Notes: generated by a model not told the origin, from the sequence alone. Shown: positions 20,285-30,390, counted from the stretch's first letter. The stretch is DNA of 64,000 bases from Terriglobia bacterium (GCA_963666975.2 CAXVYR010000004.1:192001-256000); one strand, 5' to 3'. Numbers and translations are program-made.

Positions 20285-21753
20285 GGCGAAAGCTCCCTGC
20301 CAAAAAGCAATATTTCCTCTTTGGCGGCTGCCCCCTCTGGAAAGGGCGGATGCGGAATCTCGTCCATGCGCTGTGGATCCAGGCGGGTGTCCAAAATGCG
20401 CCCGCCTTGAATGACCATGTGAATCTTCTGGGTGTTCCGTATGTCCTGGAGCGGGTTCGCATCCAGAATCAGGAAATCTGCATACTTGCCCGGTTCCACG
20501 CTCCCCACTTCGTCCCACGCCTGGAACTTCTCGGCCGCATACCGGGTGGCTGCCAGGAGCGCCTTCATGGGAGTCAGACCCGCGTCCACCAGAAGCTCTA
20601 TCTCCCGGTGGAGGTTGATGCCGTGCATTTCATAGGGTGTGGCGTCGGAGCCGGCCACGATCTTCCCTCCCGCCTCGGAGAATTCTTTCAGGAACAACTG
20701 CAGGTTCTTGTATGCCTGTTGGTATCGCTCAGCCGATTTGACCTGGCCGAAGTGACGATAGGCCTCAAGAATCCACCGGCGGTCGAGTTCCGGAACAAAG
20801 GCGTAAGCGGGATCGGCAAACAGAGCACGATCCTCTTGCTCGTACTGCTTGGAGAAACGGTGGCCTCCGAGCCAGTAGCAGACCAGCGTGGGGGTCACCG
20901 ACGTTCCCCTCTCCACAAACAGCTGGATCAAGTCCCCGTACAGCTCCGGCTTCATGTAATAGAAGCTTTCCGGCACGGTAAGGTGATCGACCAGGTAGTT
21001 GATATCGGTGTACCTCTTTTCTTCGATCTCCCTCAGTTTTTCCCGGTCCGTCATGGTGGCGATGGGAATTCCGGTAGCATGCTCGAACGAGTCGATCCCC
21101 ATCATGACGGCATCCCGGGCGCTGATGGCAATATGGCCCGTTACCGGAAGTCCATTCGCGTGGGCTTCTTCAATCACGGCCCGCATCAGGTCCGGCCTCA
21201 GTTGCTTATAAACCTTGATGGCATCCACGCCTTCCGCCGCCTGGCGTCGGACGGCGGCTCTGGCGGCCTCCTCCGTCTCGACGAGGATGGTGCTGTCGCC
21301 AAAGATTGCCGGAGGATTGTCGATCATAGCCCCGACAGAGTAAATCCGGGGGCCGGCGAGCAAGCCCCGCCGGATGGCGTCTTTCTGCACGAGAATCCAG
21401 GGATTCGTATTTCCCGTATCCACGATGGAGGTAATTCCATAGTGCAGATAGAGCTGCGCCGCATAGCCCGCGTAGTGGGTGTGTCCGTCCACCAGCCCGG
21501 GGAGAACGTACTTACCCCGGGCGTCCACCAGGCGGATGCCTTCCGGAAGCGGTTGGACCCTGTTCGGCAGGACGCTCAGGATTTTGTCGCCGCGGACTAC
21601 AATAGTCCCGTTTTCTCTCGGTGCGGCTCCCGTGCCATCGATGAGCGTACCCCCTTGCAGGACGAGGGTCGGCGATCCTGCGTTCTGAGCAAACAAGACC
21701 GAGGCACTGGTTACAAATAGAACTGCTACCCGCAAGACATTGTAAAGTTTCAT
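20281..21753 (-). CDS. Secreted amidohydrolase, tandem paralog A4
   Basis: Start MKLYN after GAAGGAG; signal peptide VLFA|Q; conserved metal ligands. Confidence 0.92.
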   Translation of the reverse strand: MKLYNVLRVAVLFVTSASVLFAQNAGSPTLVLQGGTLIDGTGAAPRENGTIVVRGDKILSVLPNRVQPLPEGIRLVDARGKYVLPGLVDGHTHYAGYAAQLYLHYGITSIVDTGNTNPWILVQKDAIRRGLLAGPRIYSVGAMIDNPPAIFGDSTILVETEEAARAAVRRQAAEGVDAIKVYKQLRPDLMRAVIEEAHANGLPVTGHIAISARDAVMMGIDSFEHATGIPIATMTDREKLREIEEKRYTDINYLVDHLTVPESFYYMKPELYGDLIQLFVERGTSVTPTLVCYWLGGHRFSKQYEQEDRALFADPAYAFVPELDRRWILEAYRHFGQVKSAERYQQAYKNLQLFLKEFSEAGGKIVAGSDATPYEMHGINLHREIELLVDAGLTPMKALLAATRYAAEKFQAWDEVGSVEPGKYADFLILDANPLQDIRNTQKIHMVIQGGRILDTRLDPQRMDEIPHPPFPEGAAAKEEILLFGRELSP

Positions 21754-21797
21754 GAACAGTTTCTCCTTCGAGGGGGAGGGGTCATCCGGCGGAAATG

Positions 21798-23279
21798 TCA
21801 ACGACCCGGGTAATCCTCATCTTCAAAGAGCAGCTTCCCAAGGTTCGTCACTTCATCCCCGGGCCGAGGTGGCACCGGAATCTGGTCGACGAAGTTTGGG
21901 TCCAATGTGGTATCCAAAATCCGCCCGTTCTGGATCACCATGTGAATCTTCCGGGTGTTCCGTATGTCCTCCAGTGGATTAGCATCCAGGATCACGAAAT
22001 CCGCATACTTTCCCGGCTCTACGCTTCCCACCTCGTCCCATTTCCAATACTTCTCGGCCGCATGTTTCGTTGCCCCTAGAAGTGTCTGCATGGGAGTCAG
22101 CCCCGCATCCACCCAAAGCTCCATCTCCCGGTGGAGATTGACGGCGTGCATCTCGTAGGATGTAGAATCTGTCCCAACCACGACCTTCCCACCCGCATCA
22201 GCAAATTGTTTCAGGAACATCTGCAGGTTGCTGTACGCTTGCTGATAGCGGGGGGTTGTCTTGGTCCGGCCAAAAAAGTCATGGGCCAGAGGAATCCAGC
22301 GACGCGGCAACTCAGGGATCGCAGCATAAGCCGGATCCGCCAACACGGCCTCATCCTCCCTCTTATACTCCTCTGCGAAGCGGTGGGTTCCAATCCAGTA
22401 GCCGGCCAGATTGGGAGTCACTGAGGTTCCCTTCTCCATAAACAGTTTCACCAAGTCCGGGACCATCTCGGGTTTCATAAAGGAGAAAATGCCCCGCACC
22501 GTGGCGTGGTCCGCCAGGTAGCCCCGGACGGTGTATCTTTTTTGCTCCACCTCATTCAGTTTTTCCCGGTCCGTCATCGTGGCGATGGCAATGCCGCTGG
22601 CGTGCTCGATGGAGTCTATTCCCATCATGACGGCATCCCGAGCGCTGCTCGCCAGATGGGCCGTTACGGGAATCCCGTGGAAGTGCGCTTCCTCCACGAC
22701 CGCCCGCATCAGGTTGGGCCGCAATTGTTTGTAGACCTTGATCGCATCGGCGCCTGCTGCCACCTCGCGGCGGACTGCCTCTCTTGCCTCCTCCTCCGTC
22801 TCCACGAGGTGCCATCCACTGATGTACAAGGATGGCGGGGGGTTATCTATCATGTTCCCCGCTGCGTAAATCCTCGGGCCGGGGATCAGCCCTTTTTCGA
22901 TCGCCCATTTCTGAGCGAAAATCCAGGGGCTGGCGTTTCCTACGTCAATGACGGTGGTAATTCCGTAATGAAGGTAGAGTTGAGCGGCCCAGCTGGCGTA
23001 GTGCGCGTGGCCGTCGATCAGGCCGGGAATGATGTATTTGCCCCGCGCATCCACCACGCGGGCGCCCTCCGGCAATGGCTGGTTCGCGTCGCGAAGGACG
23101 CTCAGAATCTTGTTGCCGCGAGCCACAATCCGCCCGTTCTCCCTGGCATCGGCTCCGGTGCCGTCGATGAGCGTACCCCCTTGCAGGACGAGGGTCGGCG
23201 ATCCTGCGTTCTGAGCAAACGAGACCGAGGCACTGGTTAGAAATAGAACTGCTAACCGCAAAGCATTGCAAAGTTTCAT
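21798..23279 (-). CDS. Secreted amidohydrolase, tandem paralog A3 (mosaic)
   Basis: Start MKLCN; IDGHAHY, TAHLA, VGTD; catalytic body nearly identical to A2. Confidence 0.92.
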   Translation of the reverse strand: MKLCNALRLAVLFLTSASVSFAQNAGSPTLVLQGGTLIDGTGADARENGRIVARGNKILSVLRDANQPLPEGARVVDARGKYIIPGLIDGHAHYASWAAQLYLHYGITTVIDVGNASPWIFAQKWAIEKGLIPGPRIYAAGNMIDNPPPSLYISGWHLVETEEEAREAVRREVAAGADAIKVYKQLRPNLMRAVVEEAHFHGIPVTAHLASSARDAVMMGIDSIEHASGIAIATMTDREKLNEVEQKRYTVRGYLADHATVRGIFSFMKPEMVPDLVKLFMEKGTSVTPNLAGYWIGTHRFAEEYKREDEAVLADPAYAAIPELPRRWIPLAHDFFGRTKTTPRYQQAYSNLQMFLKQFADAGGKVVVGTDSTSYEMHAVNLHREMELWVDAGLTPMQTLLGATKHAAEKYWKWDEVGSVEPGKYADFVILDANPLEDIRNTRKIHMVIQNGRILDTTLDPNFVDQIPVPPRPGDEVTNLGKLLFEDEDYPGR

Positions 23280-23335
23280 GAACAGTTTCTCCTTCGAGGA
23301 GGAGAGGTCATCCGGCGGAAATGTCAACGACCCGG

Positions 23336-24817
23336 CTAGTCTTCATCTTCAAAGAGCAACTTCCCTAGATTAGTAATTATTTCCTCGGACCAGGACGGTT
23401 GCGGAATCTGATCGACGAAGTTTGGATCCAACGTGGTATCCAAAATGCGCCCGTTTTGGATCACCATGTGAATCTTCCGGGTGTTCCGTATGTCCTCAAG
23501 TGGATTAGCGTCCAGGATCACAAAATCCGCATACTTTCCCGGCTCTACGCTTCCCACTTCGTTCCATTTCCGGTACTTCTCGGCCGCGTGTTTCGTTGCT
23601 CCCAGAAGTGTCTGCATGGGAGTCACGCCCGCATCCACCCAAAGCTCCATCTCCCGGTGGAGATTGACGGCGTGCATCTCGTAGGATGTAGAATCTGTCC
23701 CAACGACGGCCTTCCCACCCGCATCAGCAAATTGTTTCAGGAACATTTGCATGTTTCTGTACGCTTGCTGATAGCGGGGAGTTGTCTTGGTACGGCCAAA
23801 AAAGTCATGGGCCAGAGGAATCCAGCGACGCGCCAACTCAGGGACCGCAGCATAAGCTGGATCTGCCAACAAAGCTTCATCCTCCCTCTTATACTCATCG
23901 GCGAAGCGGTGGGTTCCAATCCAGTAGCCGGCCAGATTGGGAGTCACTGAGGTTCCCTTCTCCACAAAGAGTCTCACCAAATCCGGGACCAGCTCGGGTT
24001 CCATGTAGTAGAAAATTCCGCGGACAGTGGAATGTTCCGCCAGATAGCCCCGATCGGTATATCTTTTTTGCTCCACCTCATTCAGTTTTTCCCGATCAGT
24101 TGTCGTGGCGATGGCAACTCCGCTGGCGTGCTCGAGCGAGTCCACTCCCATCATGACGGCATCCCGAGCGCTGCTCGCCAGATGGGCTGTAACGGGAATT
24201 CCATGGAAGTGCGCTTCCTCAACGACAACCCGCATCAGGTTGGGCCGCAATTGTTTGTATACCTTGATCGCATCGGCGCCTGCTGCCACCTCGTGGCGGA
24301 CTGCGGCCCTGGCCTGCTCCGGCGTCTCCACGAGGTGCCAATCACTGATGTACAAGGATGGCGGGGGGTTATCTATTATGTTCCCCGCTGCGTAAATCCT
24401 TGGGCCGGGGATCAGCCCGTTTTCGATTGCCCATTGCTGAGCGAAAATCCAGGGGCTGGCGTTTCCTACGTCAACGACAGTGGTAATTCCGTAGTGAAGG
24501 TAGAGTTGGGCGGCCCAGCCAGAGTAGTGCGCGTGCCCGTCGATCAGGCCGGGAAGGACATATTTACCCCGAGCATCCACCACGCGTGCACCCTGCGGCG
24601 CCGGGCGAGCGGTTCCCCGAGAGACGCGGAGGATCTTGTTGCCGCGGACGACAATGGTCGCATCTACTACGGGGTCGGCCCCGGTACCGTCAATGAGCGT
24701 TCCCCCTTGAATGAAAAGGGTAGGCTCTCCCGCTGCCTCCTGGGCGAAAGAAGGCACGCCATTTGCGAAGAACAGGATAAAGAACAAAGCGGTGAAATGT
24801 CTCGTAATGATTATCAC
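23336..24817 (-). CDS. Secreted amidohydrolase, tandem paralog A2
   Basis: GTG start after AAGGAGG; signal peptide PSFA|Q; conserved ligands. Confidence 0.92.
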   Translation of the reverse strand: MIIITRHFTALFFILFFANGVPSFAQEAAGEPTLFIQGGTLIDGTGADPVVDATIVVRGNKILRVSRGTARPAPQGARVVDARGKYVLPGLIDGHAHYSGWAAQLYLHYGITTVVDVGNASPWIFAQQWAIENGLIPGPRIYAAGNIIDNPPPSLYISDWHLVETPEQARAAVRHEVAAGADAIKVYKQLRPNLMRVVVEEAHFHGIPVTAHLASSARDAVMMGVDSLEHASGVAIATTTDREKLNEVEQKRYTDRGYLAEHSTVRGIFYYMEPELVPDLVRLFVEKGTSVTPNLAGYWIGTHRFADEYKREDEALLADPAYAAVPELARRWIPLAHDFFGRTKTTPRYQQAYRNMQMFLKQFADAGGKAVVGTDSTSYEMHAVNLHREMELWVDAGVTPMQTLLGATKHAAEKYRKWNEVGSVEPGKYADFVILDANPLEDIRNTRKIHMVIQNGRILDTTLDPNFVDQIPQPSWSEEIITNLGKLLFEDED

Positions 24818-24923
24818 TTCCCTCCTTCAGTCGAAAAGCGGCTGACGGCCCTGGTTAGAATTTCAGCTTCCCCGTCCGTGCCACCTTCTTGCGAGTTCAG
24901 ACAATCGCTTGTTGGAGGACCGG

Positions 24924-26390
24924 CTACTTTCCATACATCCACTTTTCTCGTTCGGTAATTGCCTCCTGAGTCATGGATGGTTTGGGAATCTGGTTGACAA
25001 AGTTTCCATCCAGGCGGGTATCCAGAATCCCCCCGTTTTGAATCACCATGTGAATCTTCGTAGTGTTCCGAATGTCCTCCAGCGGGTTCGCATCCAGAAT
25101 CACGAAATCCGCGTACTTCCCCGCTTCCACGCTTCCCACTTCGTTCCACTTCCGGTACTTCTCGGCTGCATACCTGGTGGCCCCCAAAAGCGCCTGCATG
25201 GGTGTGAGACCCGCATCGACCAGCAACTCCATCTCCCGGTGGAGGTTGATGCCGTACATCTCGTATGGCGTAGAGTCCGAGCCTGCCACAATCTTGCCGC
25301 CTGCCTCCGAGAACTGCTTCAGGAACGCCTGCAGGTTCTTATACCCTTGCTGATACTTGGGACCTGACTTGATCTGGCCAAAATAATCGTAGGCCAGGAA
25401 AATCCAGCGACGATCCAATTGGGGGACAAAAGCATAAGCCGGGTTTGCCAACAAGGCCCGATCCTCTTTCTCATACCGGTCCGAAAAGCGGTGGCCTCCC
25501 AGCCAGTAACACACCAGAGTTGGTGTCACCGACGTCCCCTTCTCCACAAAGAGCTGAATCAAGTCCCCATACAACTCAGGTTTCATATAGTAGAAACTTT
25601 CCGGCAGGGTGGCATGATCCACCATGTAGAACGTGTCGGCGTACCTCTTTTCTTCGATCTCCTTCAGTTTTTCCTGATCTGTCATGGTAGCGATTTGAAT
25701 GCCACTGGCGTGCTCCAGCGAGTCAATTCCCATCATGACGGCATCCCGAGCACTGATCGATAGATGGCCGGTTACGGGAATCCCATGGAGGTGGGCCTCC
25801 TCGATGACCGCCCGCAGCAGATCCGGACGCAATTTCTTATAAACTTTGATCGCATCCAAACCATCTGCCACGTTGCGTCTCACGGCAGCCCGGGCGGCCT
25901 CGGGTGTCTCGACCATAAACCCATAACCAAAGGTCGAGGGCGGACTATCAATGTGAGATCCTGCGCTGTAAATCCTCGGTCCGGGAACCAGCCCTTTGTC
26001 AATAGCCCATCTCTGTGTGACAATCCATGCGGTTGAGCTTCCCGTGTCAACAACAGTTGTGATTCCGTAGTGAAGGTATATTGGCCCGGCATAGCCGGCA
26101 TAATGGGTGTGTCCGTCAATCAGGCCGGGAATGATGTATTTGCCCCGCGCATCCACCACGCGGGCGCCTTCCGGCAATGGCTGGTTCGCGTCGCGAAGGA
26201 CGCTCAAAATCTTGTTGCCGCGAGCCACAATCCGCCCGTTCTCCCTGGCATCGGCCCCGGTGCCGTCGATGAGTGTTCCCCCTTCAATGACCAGAGCGGG
26301 GCTTCCCGCTCTCTCCCCGGCCTGCTGTGCGAAGGAGACAGCACCGGTCAGAAGAAACAGCACGAGGAACAAGGAGAGAGATTGCTTCAT
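24924..26390 (-). CDS. Secreted amidohydrolase, tandem paralog A1
   Basis: Signal peptide VSFA|Q; conserved ligands; first gene downstream of the TonB receptor. Confidence 0.92.
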   Translation of the reverse strand: MKQSLSLFLVLFLLTGAVSFAQQAGERAGSPALVIEGGTLIDGTGADARENGRIVARGNKILSVLRDANQPLPEGARVVDARGKYIIPGLIDGHTHYAGYAGPIYLHYGITTVVDTGSSTAWIVTQRWAIDKGLVPGPRIYSAGSHIDSPPSTFGYGFMVETPEAARAAVRRNVADGLDAIKVYKKLRPDLLRAVIEEAHLHGIPVTGHLSISARDAVMMGIDSLEHASGIQIATMTDQEKLKEIEEKRYADTFYMVDHATLPESFYYMKPELYGDLIQLFVEKGTSVTPTLVCYWLGGHRFSDRYEKEDRALLANPAYAFVPQLDRRWIFLAYDYFGQIKSGPKYQQGYKNLQAFLKQFSEAGGKIVAGSDSTPYEMYGINLHREMELLVDAGLTPMQALLGATRYAAEKYRKWNEVGSVEAGKYADFVILDANPLEDIRNTTKIHMVIQNGGILDTRLDGNFVNQIPKPSMTQEAITEREKWMYGK

Positions 26391-26432
26391 GACGCTTCTT
26401 TCCTTTCGCTTCTTGCGGTAAAAGTTTGTGGA

Positions 26433-26469
26433 AAAGGGCTATCGGTCAGCCAGCGATCGATAGCCCTTT
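26433..26469 (-). terminator. Stem-loop after the TonB receptor (possible partial terminator or mRNA stabiliser)
   Basis: AAAGGGCTATCG ... CGATAGCCCTTT perfect 12-bp stem, ending in a short T run on the minus strand. Confidence 0.55.
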
Positions 26470-26500
26470 ACCTGAGGAATTAGCCCCGCAGCACCCAAGG

Positions 26501-29500
26501 TCAGAACACGACTTTGAGCGCAAACTGGATTTGGCGCGAGGTGGTTGATGTCGAGGCAATTACCCCTGCATTAGGCAGGCGGGTATTGGTGGCATCACCG
26601 AGAACACTGGTTTGGGGCACGTCAAAATTCGGGCGATTGAACATGTTGAAGACCTGCGATTCGAACTCCAGGCGGACTCGTTCCGTAAGCGGCGTTGCTT
26701 TTTTTATCGCAAAGTCGAAGGTGAACAAGCCCGGCCCTACCACGGTATTTCTGCCGGAATTTCCGTAGAACCCCGGCTCCTGCTGCTCGAAGGCGCAGGG
26801 ATCAAACCAACGGGTAGGGTCTTGCAGCTTCTGGCCAGCCGGTATTCCCTGGCAACCGGCAGTAACCCCGCTGGTTGGGTTATTGCTGAAGCCCGGCCTC
26901 AAGTTTGGACGATGCCCCGTATTTACGCCAGGCGCTGTCCCAGAGCGAGCCGTATCGAATTCCATCGTCACGTTGATAGGAAAACCCGAGTAGGCGTTAA
27001 TGATGGATGAGATCTGCCATCCATCCAACAGCTTTCCCGCCGCTCCTGTCAAATCGCGGCCAAAAGGCAGGTCATAGGCCACGTTGGTGTTGAAGATGTT
27101 CCTCCGGCTGAAAGTGCCGACGCTCCGGCTTGAAGCGAAATCGTGGCGATTATGCACGTTCTTTCGCGAGCTCCGGCTGGTAACCGTGTACTCCTCTGAG
27201 CTGTCATCAACATTTTTGGAAAAGGTGTAGTTGATCTGCGTTGCCAGTCCCTGGCTGAACCGTCGCTCTAAGCTCAGGATGAGCCCATGGTAGGTGGAGT
27301 GAGCGCCAGTCTGTTTGATGGAACTCTCGCCGATATTGGGGCTGAGCCGCGGGTACAGAGGATTACCCATTGCATCTGCCGGGTTAAACCACCGCCCATC
27401 CGCCAGCCTGTCGGCCGGGCGCGACCCCGCGTCCACCGGGATGACCAGATGGACACCGTTGGAACCCGCGTATCCGATGGAGAACGACATGCTGTTGCTG
27501 AGCTGTTGCTGTATGTTCAGATTGAAGTGCATCATATACGGCATATGGTTGTAAAGGTCGGATTCTATCTGGTAGGGCCCCGATATGCCAGGCACAGTCT
27601 CGTTGGGAAAATCTGCCTTGGGGAAACCCGGAACTCCAAGGCCTGCGAGGAACAACACGAACTTGCGTCCGGCCTTAGGAGGCAGGCCGGTTGTGTAATG
27701 AGCGGGGCCCAACTGGTCAAAAAAGAGACCAAAACCGCCGCGAACGGAGGTCTTGCCGGAGTTGGTGGGATCCCAGGAGATCCCGACCCGGGGAGCGAAG
27801 CAGTAGGTGCAAAAGTCTTCGTAGTACGGGCCTTTCCCGTTGTTCGGTGCAATGGTGGGTTCCATTTCTGTGAGGTCGTACCAATGGGCAAGTTTGCCAT
27901 TGGTTTCCATTGGAGCCCTCATGTTTTCGTAACGTACCCCCAGCGAGAGGGAAAGATTGGGCAGGACTCGGATGTCATCCTGAATGAAGGCCCCATACAT
28001 CGTGTGGCGCAGGCTCCTGTCCGTATCGGAAACCAGCGACTCCCCGAAAAACCCCAAAGGATTCGCCGTTAACACGTTTTCTATATTCGAAAAGAAATAC
28101 AGCCATGACGGGAACACCTTGATACTGTTGTTGTTGCGGAGACGCGAGAGCTTAAAGCCCGTTTTGATCGTATGGCGACCTTTGGTCCAATCAATAGTGT
28201 TGGCGTATTCAAAGTTGTTTAAAACCGAGTCTATGGGATTGAGGACGCCATTCTCCAACGGGGAGCCACGAACGCCCGCTGCTAACGCCGGAATATTTAG
28301 CCCGCCACCCACACCAAACGGAAACTTATCATTGAAATCCAGCGAGGGATCGAGCGGCTTCAATTGAATGGAATTCATATTGCGCGCGTTCCGGGCAAAG
28401 CCGAAGCGAGCCGTATTCAGCAACGTGGGAGAAAAGATATGGGTATGTTGAATTGTCAAAAAATGAAGTCGGATGCCCTCGTCCGCTCCAAATGTGGGCA
28501 GCAGGTAGGGCGGCAGCAACTCGGAGTCTGAAAACGTATAGCGCCCAAAGATGGTATCATTATCTGAAATATTGTAATCCAACCTTGCCGAAATAAAGTC
28601 TTCGGTCCCCGGCTGGCTTGAGCCACCTAACCATTCGCCGACGTTGGGTCCTAGCGTTCTGGGACTGTTGGGGAGAGGCAAAATGTCCAGGTAGGGCCGC
28701 ATTTTGGGATCGACCCCGACGAAGCGTTCGCCCGCTGCCGCACCCGGGCCGCATCCACCAGGACAGGCCTCATCCTCCAAGAAACCTTGCTGGGCCCGTG
28801 CAGTCAGCACCGGGGACGCGTGGCTGATGCCCAGGCGTTCCCGGAATCCTTCGTAGTTGACGTGGAAGAACAACTTGTCCTGTCGGATGGGACCGCCCAC
28901 GGCGACTCCAAACTGATTTCGTCTGAAGGGTGGGATCGGTTGCGTAGCGTCATCGAAAAAGTTCTTGGCGTCGAGTTTGTCGTTGCGGAAGTACTCGTAA
29001 ATCGATCCGTGGAGCGTGTTCGTCCCCCCCAGCGTGACTACGTTGATGACCCCGCCGGCATTTTTGCCGTATTCGGAGCTGTAGTTGTTGACTAAAACCT
29101 TGAATTCCCTGATCGTATCTACGCCCAACAGGAAGCCCTTCGCGCCGCCGGGACCGCTGTTGTATGAATTGTCAATGGCCGTTCCATCCAGCAAAAAGGT
29201 GTTCATTGACCCCCGTGCGCCCCCGACAGAAAGCTTTGTGGCTCGCCCGATCAAGAATTCTCCTCCGGACTGGGTGTTGGGGACTACCCCGGGTGTCAAC
29301 GTGGCAAGCTGCGCGAAGCTGCGGCCGTTTAACGGCAGGTCTCGCACCGCCTGGCTGGTCACCAAACCGCCCATCGTGGACATCCCGGTGGTTTCCACCA
29401 GCGGCGCCTCGCCCGTGACCGTAACGCTCTCGGTGACGTCGCCCACCTCCAGAACCAGATCGATGGTCGCTGCCTGACCTACGGTCAGCGTGATTCCCGT

Positions 29501-29821
29501 CCGGATCTGGACCTTAAATCCCGGCGAGGTGGCCTGCACCCGGTAGTTGCCCAGAGGAAGCTGTGGAGCAACATAGGTGCCACTTGCATTGCTCTCTACC
29601 GTACGGGTTGCGCCGGTATCGACATTCCTGACTTCCACAGTCGCCCCGGGAATTACCGCACCCGTCGTATCCTCTACGGTGCCCAGGATGGTGGCGGTAA
29701 TCGTCTGGGCCCGGCCTACGGAACCGAGCAGAAACACTATGCAGAGCGCCGTCAAAACCATCTTGCTAATCGCTTGTCGAACCGGGAAAGAAACCAACGT
29801 CGGGCAAAAGCTGAGCCGCAT
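26501..29821 (-). CDS. TonB-dependent receptor (Oar/Acidobacteria type with N-terminal carboxypeptidase-regulatory-like domain)
   Basis: GTVEDTTGAVIPGATV, DLPLNGRSFAQLATLTPGV, IREFKVLVNNYSSEYG, RRNQFGVAVGGPI, FAPRVGISWDP, C-terminal RQIQFALKVVF; strong RBS. Confidence 0.95.
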   Translation of the reverse strand: MRLSFCPTLVSFPVRQAISKMVLTALCIVFLLGSVGRAQTITATILGTVEDTTGAVIPGATVEVRNVDTGATRTVESNASGTYVAPQLPLGNYRVQATSPGFKVQIRTGITLTVGQAATIDLVLEVGDVTESVTVTGEAPLVETTGMSTMGGLVTSQAVRDLPLNGRSFAQLATLTPGVVPNTQSGGEFLIGRATKLSVGGARGSMNTFLLDGTAIDNSYNSGPGGAKGFLLGVDTIREFKVLVNNYSSEYGKNAGGVINVVTLGGTNTLHGSIYEYFRNDKLDAKNFFDDATQPIPPFRRNQFGVAVGGPIRQDKLFFHVNYEGFRERLGISHASPVLTARAQQGFLEDEACPGGCGPGAAAGERFVGVDPKMRPYLDILPLPNSPRTLGPNVGEWLGGSSQPGTEDFISARLDYNISDNDTIFGRYTFSDSELLPPYLLPTFGADEGIRLHFLTIQHTHIFSPTLLNTARFGFARNARNMNSIQLKPLDPSLDFNDKFPFGVGGGLNIPALAAGVRGSPLENGVLNPIDSVLNNFEYANTIDWTKGRHTIKTGFKLSRLRNNNSIKVFPSWLYFFSNIENVLTANPLGFFGESLVSDTDRSLRHTMYGAFIQDDIRVLPNLSLSLGVRYENMRAPMETNGKLAHWYDLTEMEPTIAPNNGKGPYYEDFCTYCFAPRVGISWDPTNSGKTSVRGGFGLFFDQLGPAHYTTGLPPKAGRKFVLFLAGLGVPGFPKADFPNETVPGISGPYQIESDLYNHMPYMMHFNLNIQQQLSNSMSFSIGYAGSNGVHLVIPVDAGSRPADRLADGRWFNPADAMGNPLYPRLSPNIGESSIKQTGAHSTYHGLILSLERRFSQGLATQINYTFSKNVDDSSEEYTVTSRSSRKNVHNRHDFASSRSVGTFSRRNIFNTNVAYDLPFGRDLTGAAGKLLDGWQISSIINAYSGFPINVTMEFDTARSGTAPGVNTGHRPNLRPGFSNNPTSGVTAGCQGIPAGQKLQDPTRWFDPCAFEQQEPGFYGNSGRNTVVGPGLFTFDFAIKKATPLTERVRLEFESQVFNMFNRPNFDVPQTSVLGDATNTRLPNAGVIASTSTTSRQIQFALKVVF

Positions 29822-30361
29822 ATCTCCTCCTTAAAGTTTTCACACCCCAGATGTAGGGACCCGGACCAAAGTCATCCCACGCCAGCAGGATTGGACACAC
29901 CAAACAGGCTCACTCGAACCCCACTTACCTGCCCGGGAGCGCCCTTTCCTCCGGAAATGCATCGATCATCCGGAAAAAGGAAACCTTTTGTTGCCGGAAT
30001 TAACGTGACAGTTCCAGCTCTGTTATCGAAAGACTCACCAAAAAAGAATTAGGTCAGGCAAAAAACCGTAAGCCTCAGTCATTTTCTCGAAAGGAACAGC
30101 AATGTTGTAAAATCTACTTTCCCCTGTGATCAGGGCAAGCCAACGCGACGCCGTTATCCAAAGCATTTTCCGTGAAGGTATAGACCGGAATTAACTTTTT
30201 GGCTCTCCGGCGGTTGAGAATAAAGCCGGTTTCCCCATTGGTATGAATGGTGGTGCGATTGCGGCGTTGTCGGAAATTAAGGGCCTCAGGAACCATAATA
30301 GTTCGTGTTCGATGCGATGCTTAATTGCGTCAGAGTTAATTTCATAGCCACCGACTAGCAA

Positions 30362-30390
30362 AATTTACGCGGGTCCCTCTGGCTTGTCAA
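30362..30390 (-). promoter_or_regulatory. Putative sigma70 promoter oriented toward the TonB receptor
   Basis: Minus strand TTGACA, 17 bp, TAAATT, about 540 bp upstream of the receptor ATG. Confidence 0.45.

Noticed and set aside
20350-21720. Long antisense ORFs (also 24032-24958, 45210-46454, 54841-56349, 60623-61747 and others)
   Set aside because: They lie opposite clear genes, reflect GC-rich codon bias and have no motifs. Their recurrence simply mirrors the paralogy.
16947-26390. CRISPR, diversity-generating retroelement or shufflon as an explanation for the repeats
   Set aside because: No repeat-spacer array, reverse transcriptase or recombinase is present, and the differences are not adenine-specific.
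30114-30296. 60-aa ORF in the receptor leader
   Set aside because: No clear RBS or recognisable features, so it cannot be supported as a CDS.
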